Source of the DNA: a virus
Lineage: Duplodnaviria; Heunggongvirae; Uroviricota; Caudoviricetes
Virus record (IMG/VR): IMGVR_UViG_3300031853_000004
Coordinates: 101,319-143,542 of that record
Direction: 5' to 3' (one strand)
DNA: 42,224 bases
In this document: in pieces, positions 33,563 to 41,160 of the stretch
Layout: each line of letters opens with the position of its first letter
Numbering within the stretch: the stretch's first letter is position 1
Made by a program: the position numbers and the translations under genes
The notes under the pieces: generated by a model
Databases searched by the model: none
Told to the model about the DNA's origin: nothing
What the model saw: only the letters and a program-made list of their open reading frames with translations

Positions 33563-34267
33563 ATGAAAAAGGTATTTGCAATTCTTGACATTGAGACTGT
33601 AACCGATGCTCGTTTGGCTTTTGATATTGCATGGATTGTATGTGACTCAAAGGGTAATGAGCTTGAGCGTTACAATGCACTTGTTAAAGATATTATTGAT
33701 AGTCCTTTTGGAATGGCATTTCTTAGGCGAGATAGTTTCATTAAGAACAAGGCTCAAATGTATATTGATGCTATTGTTTTTAATAGTATGGATATTAAAC
33801 CTTTTGAAGAAATTATGCAAGATTTTAATTCAATTTCAAAGCGTTACAATGCTAAAACTGTTATGTGCGCCTACAATGCAAAGTTTGATTTTAACGTTCT
33901 GAATGATAATGCAAGTTATATTTATGGATGCGGCGATGCATTTTTTGATGATGATATTGAAATTGTTGATATCATGACAATGGCATTGGCTACTATTTGT
34001 GATACTAATAAATATATTCTTTGGTGTATTCAGAATGGAATGGTAACAGAAAAAAATAACATTAGGACTAATGCACAAACTGTTTATGCTTACATGCTTA
34101 ATAATGCTGAATTTGTAGAAGCACATCACGCACTAGAAGATTGTGAAATTGAAAAAGATATATATTTTAAGGCTCGCAAGCGTAAGCAAAAGCATCACAA
34201 AGATTTTGCAATGCCAATGTTTAGGTGTCCTGAGTGGAAAAAAGTACAATCTAGGAATGTTCATTAA
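33563..34267 (+). CDS. DEDDh 3'-5' exonuclease (DnaQ-like, 234 aa)
   Basis: ExoI LDIET, ExoII AYNAKFD, ExoIII HHALED; RBS GAAAGG; promoter TTGACT-17-TATAAT. Confidence 0.88.
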   Translation: MKKVFAILDIETVTDARLAFDIAWIVCDSKGNELERYNALVKDIIDSPFGMAFLRRDSFIKNKAQMYIDAIVFNSMDIKPFEEIMQDFNSISKRYNAKTVMCAYNAKFDFNVLNDNASYIYGCGDAFFDDDIEIVDIMTMALATICDTNKYILWCIQNGMVTEKNNIRTNAQTVYAYMLNNAEFVEAHHALEDCEIEKDIYFKARKRKQKHHKDFAMPMFRCPEWKKVQSRNVH

Positions 34268-34437
34268 TTAAAAATGGGCGGGGAAAATTAAATTCCTCGC
34301 CTTATTTTTATATCTTCTGAACTGTGGAGATTTTATGGGGTTGCGCCGGCGCGATCAAAATATGAAGATTTTGTGAATCAGTCTAAAATATGGTATTCTA
34401 TAAGTGTAAAAAGAATTCTGGCTGAAAGGACTTAACC

Positions 34438-34641
34438 ATGATTTATTCTTTTATTCTTGAAGGCGAAAACATTGATGGCGATATCCTCACATTATGCGTT
34501 GAATTTGAAAACGTCGAATCCTTTAAGGATGCTTGTGAGTTAGCCGAACTTGAAGCTATCCACATGCTTGAATCTGAAGAAGGCGGACATATTGATATTT
34601 TTGATATTGATGGGAATTTCATCAATGATGTAGAAGTATAA
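34438..34641 (+). CDS. Acidic hypothetical protein (67 aa), paralog of 41414..41608
   Basis: Shares GE.(I/L)DGD and GGHID.F...D.F..DVEV with 41414..41608. Confidence 0.75.
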   Translation: MIYSFILEGENIDGDILTLCVEFENVESFKDACELAELEAIHMLESEEGGHIDIFDIDGNFINDVEV

Positions 34642-34789
34642 CCAACAAACATCCTAGGCACGATGTAAAACTACCTACATAATTTTTTAAACGATCGTGC
34701 CGGCACGAAATGTGAAAATTCTATGGAGAAAGCTAGACTGTGTTAATATATAAGTGTAAGAAAAAACCAATAAAAGAAAGGCAATAAAA

Positions 34790-34957
34790 ATGTTTATTTA
34801 CAAGATTTTTGAAAATATTTGTTTAAAGTTTGAAACATTTTTTTGTTTTTGTGCCAAATACATTAATTGGAATTTTTTTCAGCCAATTGTTATGTTTTTT
34901 AATGATTGTGCATGGTATTGGGATGATAAAATTAATGATATTAGAATAGCAGACTAA
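34790..34957 (+). CDS. Aromatic-rich small protein (55 aa)
   Basis: RBS GAAAGG; TAA stop; followed by the pseudoknot motif. Confidence 0.6.
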   Translation: MFIYKIFENICLKFETFFCFCAKYINWNFFQPIVMFFNDCAWYWDDKINDIRIAD

Positions 34958-35070
34958 ATTAATAATTTATCCTAGGCACGATGTAAAAAGGCCTTTATGA
35001 ATTTTCTATGAACCAGCCTATTTTATAGTAAGACATAAGAGTAAGAGAAACCACGAAAAAAGGAAACAAA

Positions 35071-35238
35071 ATGACTGCTAACGACCTACTCATTGAAATT
35101 TTGAGTAATGCTTGTACACTTGACGCTGATATTCAAATTGCTACATATAATTATGATTTAGACGATTATGAATTTTGGCCGCTTGAAAAAGCATTTATTA
35201 ATTATGATGAAAAAAATATTACACTAATCGCTAATTAA
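35071..35238 (+). CDS. Small acidic protein (55 aa)
   Basis: RBS AAGGA; TAA stop; followed by the pseudoknot motif. Confidence 0.65.
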   Translation: MTANDLLIEILSNACTLDADIQIATYNYDLDDYEFWPLEKAFINYDEKNITLIAN

Positions 35239-35375
35239 TTAATAACATCCTGAGCATGATGTAAAAAGGCTTATATAATTTTCTTAAATTTTGCACCGGC
35301 GCGAATGTGTAGATTCTATGGAGACACTAAAGATGTGCTATACTTTAATCAAGTCGAAGAGAGAGAGGATTAAAC

Positions 35376-35609
35376 ATGCAACACATCAAACTTTGGGTAA
35401 TCACTGTTAACCCAAAACAGGGCTATGGAGCGCCTTACTATTTTATATATCAAAATGGTGATAACGCAATGAATAAATTTCAAGAATTAATTAATAAATA
35501 TAATCTTAGTATTGTCGGATTGTTGAGGAATGAAGCAATTGCGGGAGATGATGGCGACCATAAACATATTAATAGAATAATAATTGAACCTGATTATACT
35601 TGTGATTAA
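35376..35609 (+). CDS. Hypothetical protein (77 aa)
   Basis: RBS GAGAGGA; TAA stop. Confidence 0.72.
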   Translation: MQHIKLWVITVNPKQGYGAPYYFIYQNGDNAMNKFQELINKYNLSIVGLLRNEAIAGDDGDHKHINRIIIEPDYTCD

Positions 35610-35624
35610 AGAAAGGAAAATAAA

Positions 35625-35753
35625 ATGCTTATTTGGATTTGTGATTTTAATGCTCATGTAAAGTATCCTTGCACCGACTTAATTACGGCGAGTAAATGGT
35701 ATCATTATCTTGTTGATATTAAAAATCATACTGATTGTGCAATAACAGATTAA
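35625..35753 (+). CDS. Small protein (42 aa)
   Basis: RBS GAAAGGA; TAA stop; followed by the pseudoknot motif. Confidence 0.62.
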   Translation: MLIWICDFNAHVKYPCTDLITASKWYHYLVDIKNHTDCAITD

Positions 35754-35840
35754 CATAATTATCCTGAACAAGATATAAAACTGTTCATTTTTTTATTTTA
35801 ATAGTTAAAAATTTTATTGTGCGCCGGATCTACCTTTAAT

Positions 35841-35854
35841 CGAACATGCGTTCT
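35841..35854. promoter_or_regulatory. LexA (SOS/Cheo)-like box
   Basis: CGAAC-ATGC-GTTCT; related boxes at 36220, 36778 and 39051. Confidence 0.55.
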
Positions 35855-35961
35855 GTAGTACCGGCGTGAAATGTGGAGATAATATGAAGCTATTGACATA
35901 GAAAAATGTTCCCCTATAATAATAATTGTCAAAAAGAAAAACCAAAAGAGAGGATAAAAAA

Positions 35962-36144
35962 ATGGCTAAATCTAAATATATAACAGTTTCTTTAGATATT
36001 AATTTTTATGACATTGATGGAATTGAGGGACTTCTTGAAATGCTTAAATATAATCATACAACGATTCTTGATATTATTATAGAAGGATACTCTTCAGACT
36101 ATGGAACATCAATTAAAAAAATAGAGGAACATAAATTTAACTAA
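35962..36144 (+). CDS. Hypothetical protein (60 aa)
   Basis: RBS GAGAGGA; promoter TTGACA-17-TATAAT; followed by the pseudoknot motif. Confidence 0.7.
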   Translation: MAKSKYITVSLDINFYDIDGIEGLLEMLKYNHTTILDIIIEGYSSDYGTSIKKIEEHKFN

Positions 36145-36426
36145 AAATGTTATCCTGAGCAGGATAAAAAACTACTCTTTTTTTAATTTAATATACCATG
36201 CGCCAAGTTCACTTCTGATCGAACATCTGTTTTGTAGCACTGGCGCATGTAGTTTCACTTTTTATGAGTGCCGATCCTCTTAAATCAATATCTTAACCAT
36301 TCACAATTCCTACAGATATAAAAATGACAATTGACTCAATCTAAGAAGTGTCTATAATAATAATTGTCAGAAAGAAAAGGTTCCCCAATAAGACTTGAGC
36401 CTAATAGCTCGGGAAGGTTGGTCACT

Positions 36427-36660
36427 ATGGCTAACACGGTTACATATGCAAACGCACTCGCCGCTGTGGTTAATCAACAGGACGAAATCGAACGGCTTAA
36501 GGTCGAAAACGCGAAGTTAAGAGAACTAATACAAAGAAGAGTTAAAGACTATATGTATGAGAATTGCAGCGATTGCTGGGGCGGTCTCTGCGAAGAGTGT
36601 CAATGTTGGATATCCGAATGCGCGAACGAGCTTTGTGAGCTCAGAGTTGAAGTGAAGTAA
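36427..36660 (+). CDS. Chimeric hypothetical protein (77 aa): coiled coil plus Cys-rich segment
   Basis: A 29-nt leader/N-terminus segment is identical to that of 38281, then unrelated sequence (EIERLKVENAKLREL...CSDC...CEECQC). Confidence 0.72.
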   Translation: MANTVTYANALAAVVNQQDEIERLKVENAKLRELIQRRVKDYMYENCSDCWGGLCEECQCWISECANELCELRVEVK

Positions 36661-36777
36661 CTATCACTCCTGAGCATGAGTCTAAACCGCTCATTTTTTA
36701 TGTCCAAATAGTTAAATTTTGATTTGATGCAATTCAATTTTTGATGTAGGGTCTGCCCGGCACGATCTTTTTTAGTC

Positions 36778-36791
36778 CGAACTGACGTTCG
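36778..36791. promoter_or_regulatory. LexA (SOS/Cheo)-like box
   Basis: CGAAC-TGAC-GTTCG, with perfectly palindromic arms. Confidence 0.6.
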
Positions 36792-37158
36792 ATAATTATG
36801 CCGGCGCGAATCTATAACTTTAAAGTTATGAACAATCAAAAAATTTTATATAAATAGTCATCATAAACGGCCGCAACATTATAACATGCCCGCCGCAATC
36901 TTGTCAAGAGAAACCGATCAATTCACAAATTCCCCACAAATAAGAAAAGAAATCATTTTAGTACAAGTCCTGATATTCGATTTTAGAATTTAATTAATCT
37001 ATTTATTAAAAACACCTCGATCTACCTGCGGTTTCACAAAATCTGCAAATATAAAAATGACAATTGTATTGTACGTTAAAAGTAGTATAGTAATAATTGT
37101 CAGGGGGACAAAGAGTCCCAATCCAATCGACCCTGCGGGGTCAAGAAAGGGGTGCCCT

Positions 37159-37533
37159 ATGGCTACCACCACTTATTTCACCGCTCTGTCCACCGCGATT
37201 GATTTCCTTAAGGCTAACGATTTTGATAATCAAGACGTTATCGACAAGCTCACTACTCTGCGTGACCAAAAGGCCACTAAGGCAAAGAATGGGCAAAAGT
37301 CCACGGCTCGCAAGGGCAATGAGGTGTTGGCTCAAAACGTAGTCGATGCTATTCGCAATAGCGGCGAGACTGAGGTTAAGGCCGCATGGATTCGCGATAA
37401 CGTGGATGGTATTAACACCACTCCAAAGGCCGTGGCCGTTATCAACGTAGGCATTGACATGGGCATTCTCAAGAGTCGCCGCATTGAAAAGAGTGCTACT
37501 CGTAACGAGCTTGTCTATTCGGTAGCCGAGTAG
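37159..37533 (+). CDS. Putative winged-helix DNA-binding protein (124 aa), paralog A
   Basis: Closely similar to 38281..38655 (same length; shared DVIDKL.TLR.QKATK and KSATRNELVY); wHTH-like C-terminus. Confidence 0.75.
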   Translation: MATTTYFTALSTAIDFLKANDFDNQDVIDKLTTLRDQKATKAKNGQKSTARKGNEVLAQNVVDAIRNSGETEVKAAWIRDNVDGINTTPKAVAVINVGIDMGILKSRRIEKSATRNELVYSVAE

Positions 37534-38280
37534 TTAAAAGGGTTATGGGGTTCCCAATAAAAACCCCAACCATTTAACCTCTTCTATTGAAAAGATTCTT
37601 ATGCATCCACCTTAATGTTTTTATTAAATCCTATCCACCCCATAACAAAGGAGTTATGATGCATCCACCATAATGTTACAAAAGGGGAATATAGCATTTT
37701 GAGCGTTTGGCTATTAGTACCCTTAAATATTAAAACGCTCTACCTTGCAAGTATTCTAGACCATGCTTGCAAGGTATAATTTTAAGTAAATAATTAAGAT
37801 TTTTATGCAAGTATCGATCAGGATTATAATTAAAATTTTTATCTAGGATCCGCCGGCACGATCTCACTAAAACCAAACAAATATTTGATCATTATGCCGG
37901 CGCAGATCTATAACTTTAAGATCATACTTGATCGAAAAATTTTAACTAATATTCTGATATAAGAATTTTACATAAAAGATCATCGTAGATGGCCGCAAAA
38001 TTATAGCATGCCCGCAACCAATATGTCAATGTCATTCACCGATTCACAAACTTCTCACAAATCAAAAATACAATCATTTTTGGTGCCAGTTTTGATGTGC
38101 CATTTTAGCTTCCCATTAACTTTTTGATAAAAACCAAGCGATCTACCTGCGGCTTTACAAAATCTACAAATATAAAATTGTGAATTGTACTGCACAAAAT
38201 TATGTGCATAATAATAATTGTCAGGGGGAAAGAGGTTCCCCCAATGGATTCGCCCCATCGGGCGGGAGAGGTTGGTCACT

Positions 38281-38655
38281 ATGGCTAACACGGTTACTTA
38301 TTTTATCGCCCTTGATACCGCTATCAAGTTCTTGGAAGATAACGGGTTCGATAACAAGGATGTTATCGACAAATTGGTCACTCTGCGTAAGCAGAAGGCC
38401 ACCAAGAATACCGCTGGGAAGAAGTCCGCGGCGCGTGAGAAGAACGAGGATTTCGCGAATGCGCTGGTTAAGGCCATGCGCGACGCTGGCGAAACCGAAA
38501 TTCGCGCGGCATTCGTTCGCGATAACGTGGACGGTGTCAACACGATTGCCAAGGCTGTGGCTGTACTCAATGTTGCAGCGGATATGGGCTTGATTGTCAC
38601 TGAGAAGCGCGCAAAAAGCGCTACCCGCAACGAGCTGGTTTACAAACTCGCATAA
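38281..38655 (+). CDS. Putative winged-helix DNA-binding protein (124 aa), paralog B
   Basis: Paralog of 37159; homologous downstream hairpin GGGTTATGGGGTTCCC...AAACCCC. Confidence 0.75.
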   Translation: MANTVTYFIALDTAIKFLEDNGFDNKDVIDKLVTLRKQKATKNTAGKKSAAREKNEDFANALVKAMRDAGETEIRAAFVRDNVDGVNTIAKAVAVLNVAADMGLIVTEKRAKSATRNELVYKLA

Positions 38656-39334
38656 TCACAGGGTTATGGGGTTCCCCTAAAAAACCCCTCGCATAAAAAA
38701 TAGTATCGTTGAGGTAGTGTGAAGCCGTGAGCCGCTACCTCAACGTTTATTTTTTTATATCCAATAGTTTCATCTTTTATGTCCAAGAGGATCGGTAAAG
38801 TAATTAAAATTTTTATGCGGCGCCGGCAGGATCCAGCACATCAAATATTTAATCAGGATCGCCGGCGATCGTGCATCAAACATTTAACTAATTTTTTTAA
38901 CTAAATTTTTATATAAAAATTCATAGTAGCCGGCCGTGACATTATACCACATCCGCGACATCTTGTCAAGCAAAATCCACAAATCCTACAAAATGTATTT
39001 TCTATGAAGTCCCTAAAATCGTGATACAATGTTATGGGGTTATATCCAATCGAACACATGTTTGATAACATTAAAAAATAGAACATCAGTTCTATAATGT
39101 ATAAGCATATAAATCTTGAAACCATATTCGATCGAACCTCCCTCGCGCGTCCTATACGGCGACTTTTCATAGAAATGGGGTTCTATACGCCAACAAGCCA
39201 TAGATCCTGAAATTCAACCATCCAATAGAAAGAAACAAAATAAAGGACGTGCGGCATCTCGCTATACGTCTTTCAAGAAGAATAATATATAAAAATTTTA
39301 ACTAGCATATTGATATAAAAAATTAAAAATGAAA

Positions 39335-39369
39335 TAAAAAAAGACCCTGCGGTATGAAACGCAGGGCCT
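39335..39369 (-). terminator. Intrinsic terminator
   Basis: GCCCTGCG-loop-CGCAGGGT followed by T7 on the minus strand. Confidence 0.75.
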
Positions 39370-39407
39370 TAATCAAGAAATAATTAGTCTAATCAAATGC
39401 AGCAAAA

Positions 39408-39770
39408 TTAGACCTTTGGCTTCCTCTTCTTCACTAGGGTAATTTCAAAGAGGTCGCCATTTATGTCAACCTGAACTTGACGTTCAGGGTTAACAACGTT
39501 AATTGATCCAGTGTCTTCCAGAGCCGCAGCCACCATCTCAATAATCATACGCTTCTGATCATCAGGCTTTCTAGTGACCTTGCGCTTTGGCTTATCAGGC
39601 ATAGTAGGAGCATCTACATCAAAACCATGATCCGCCGCATAAGCCATCATTGTTTGTCTATTGGAAAGTCCTTGGCGTTTTCCCTTACGAAGCACCTCCG
39701 CGGGAATATCAATCTCTTGAGCAACGCCATTCTTATCAGTGAACTTATAACGCATATCTCCTACAGCCAT
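39408..39770 (-). CDS. Conserved phage hypothetical protein (about 120 aa)
   Basis: RBS GGAG; TAA stop; basic C-terminus ITLVKKRKPKV. Confidence 0.75.
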   Translation of the reverse strand: MAVGDMRYKFTDKNGVAQEIDIPAEVLRKGKRQGLSNRQTMMAYAADHGFDVDAPTMPDKPKRKVTRKPDDQKRMIIEMVAAALEDTGSINVVNPERQVQVDINGDLFEITLVKKRKPKV

Positions 39771-39861
39771 TTAAACTCCTTAAAGACTCAATCTGATAAT
39801 TGGGGCTATATTTTAGTTGCCGCCCCATGCAACATATCGAAAGGAAAGAAGTGGGTAAGAC

Positions 39862-40209
39862 TTACTCTGCAATCACGCGATAAGTCTTGGCCTTAGACTT
39901 CTGCTCAGGCTCTACAACCTCAACCTTGCCCGCAGCAACAAGGCCACGGAGTGCACCAGAAACCTGGGGCGAAGAGAAACCTAGAGCATCCGCGATATCC
40001 TTAACCGCGACAGGCTCATCCATACCAGCAAGGTAATCAGCAATAGCGTCGCGACGCTCCTGAACCTCGGGGTTAGTCTTACGAGGAGCCTTCTTACGAT
40101 TCTCTAGCTGCTCAATCTTAGTGTTGCAAAACTCTACGATCTGTGCATCATCAGCGCACTTTTCAGCGATCATAGCGAACATCTGCTTCTGTGTAATCTT
40201 CTCTGCCAT
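39862..40209 (-). CDS. Winged-helix DNA-binding protein (115 aa)
   Basis: RBS AAGGAG; promoter TTGACA-17-TATAAT; HTH motif VAVKDIADALGFSSPQVSGALRGLVAAGKV. Confidence 0.8.
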   Translation of the reverse strand: MAEKITQKQMFAMIAEKCADDAQIVEFCNTKIEQLENRKKAPRKTNPEVQERRDAIADYLAGMDEPVAVKDIADALGFSSPQVSGALRGLVAAGKVEVVEPEQKSKAKTYRVIAE

Positions 40210-40354
40210 AATAAAATCTCCTTTTCTATCTGGTCTTTAATGACCTTCTTTTAATTTACTAATATTATACTATTTCTTTTTAAGTTTGTCAAGAGTTTTT
40301 TTATCTCCTTTGGCGGAAAATTTTTAGCAACGCCGCACCATCCTTAAAGCAACG

Positions 40355-40375
40355 TTACCACTATCTTCAGTCCAT
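40355..40375 (-). other. Promoter- and RBS-equipped minigene ATG GAC TGA AGA TAG TGG TAA
   Basis: TTGACT-17-TATAAT at 40412-40440 and RBS AAGGAG 5 nt before the ATG at 40375. Confidence 0.55.
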
Positions 40376-40859
40376 AGGAATCTCCTTTTCTCTCTCAACT
40401 TCTTTACTTATATTATACTATATCTTTTAGAAGAAGTCAAGAACTTTTTTTTGAAAATGAAAAATTTTTTTCTTAAAGATTAGAAATGAAATTGATCTAG
40501 GGAAGTTGAAAATGAAAATCCTTTTACCATTCCAAGAGAAGTTGGAAATGAAAATGCATAAAGGGATCCTACGAAGTCTCTTCCGCAATTCCTTCTTCCG
40601 CGCTTTCTCCCATGCGGAAGCCTTCTCGAAGTTCGCTTGAATCTTCTTTCGCTTTATTTCATTGCTTTTCCTTTGTTTTTTTCTCCATATGTTCTTTTGC
40701 TTAAATATTTTATTTATCTTCTTTGCTTTCGCTTTTCAAGCTCTCTTCTCGAAGATCGCCTTCTATTATAGCATATTTTTTTCTAAAAGTCAATATTTTA
40801 AGCTAAAAGTTTACAAAATTGTAACATTTCTCTCAAAGCATGACTTGTGAAATATTAGG

Positions 40860-40932
40860 TGGGCCTGGTTCGAATCGAACGAACGATCCATCGATTATGA
40901 GTCGATTGCATTAACCACTATGCTACAGGCCC
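40860..40932 (-). tRNA. tRNA with CAT anticodon, probably tRNA-Ile2 (lysidine type, reads AUA)
   Basis: Cloverleaf GGGCCTG...ATCGA-CTCATAA-TCGAT...CAGGCCC-A. C4-G69 and C5-G68 are the known E. coli TilS determinants. No complete encoded CCA. Confidence 0.85.
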
Positions 40933-40942
40933 AAGAAAAATC

Positions 40943-41019
40943 TGGTGGGAACAGTCCGATTTGAACGAACGATCTTCCGATTATCGGTCGGATGCTCTAG
41001 CCAACTGAGCTATGTTCCC
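40943..41019 (-). tRNA. tRNA-Ile(GAT)
   Basis: Cloverleaf, anticodon arm TCCGA-CCGATAA-TCGGA, encoded CCA. Confidence 0.92.
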
Positions 41020-41025
41020 ATATGA

Positions 41026-41098
41026 TGAAACCTCTGGGACTCGAACCCAGAACCTGTGAATTAAAAGTTCACACTTTAACCAATTAAGCTAAGGTTTC
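41026..41098 (-). tRNA. tRNA-Lys(TTT)
   Basis: Cloverleaf, anticodon arm GTGAA-CTTTTAA-TTCAC; followed by TCA instead of CCA. Confidence 0.88.
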
Positions 41099-41104
41099 AT
41101 ATTT

Positions 41105-41160
41105 TAGTACTTGTTAGTCTAAATCAGCAACACCACGTGAAGGTCAGTACTATAGTTGCC
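41105..41160 (-). ncRNA. HDV-like theta ribozyme abutting the tRNA-Leu 3' end
   Basis: GGCAAC TA TAGTACT G ACC TTCACGT GGT GTTGCT GATTTAGA CTAACA AGTACTA: P1 GGCAAC/GTTGCT with G1.U, P2 TAGTACT/AGTACTA, P3 ACC/GGT with a 7-nt L3, J4/2 CTAA. G1 immediately follows the tRNA discriminator. Confidence 0.85.

Larger units (their letters stand above)
32284..36693 (+). repeat. Nine dispersed copies of a 3'-UTR H-type pseudoknot motif (consensus NNC-CTGAGCAT-GNN-N-TAAAAC-TGCTCA)
   Basis: Copies at about 32284, 32616, 33300, 34653, 34971, 35249, 35763, 36154 and 36669, each just after a stop codon; compensatory changes in both stems. Confidence 0.8.

Noticed and set aside
32281-36693. Pseudoknot motif as pistol ribozyme, preQ1 riboswitch or type III antitoxin repeats
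   Set aside because: It lacks pistol P2/P3 and the cleavage junction, lacks preQ1 core nucleotides, and is dispersed in 3' UTRs rather than tandem upstream of a toxin.
28090-39000. CRISPR array
   Set aside because: The repeats are short, degenerate, irregularly spaced and separated by genes and promoters, not by uniform spacers.
40570-40688. Minus-strand ORF MEKKTKEKQ-TGA-NKAKEDSSELREG... as a recoded early gene
   Set aside because: No SD before the ATG, only about 39 codons, low-complexity purine-rich sequence; kept only as part of the ncRNA candidate.
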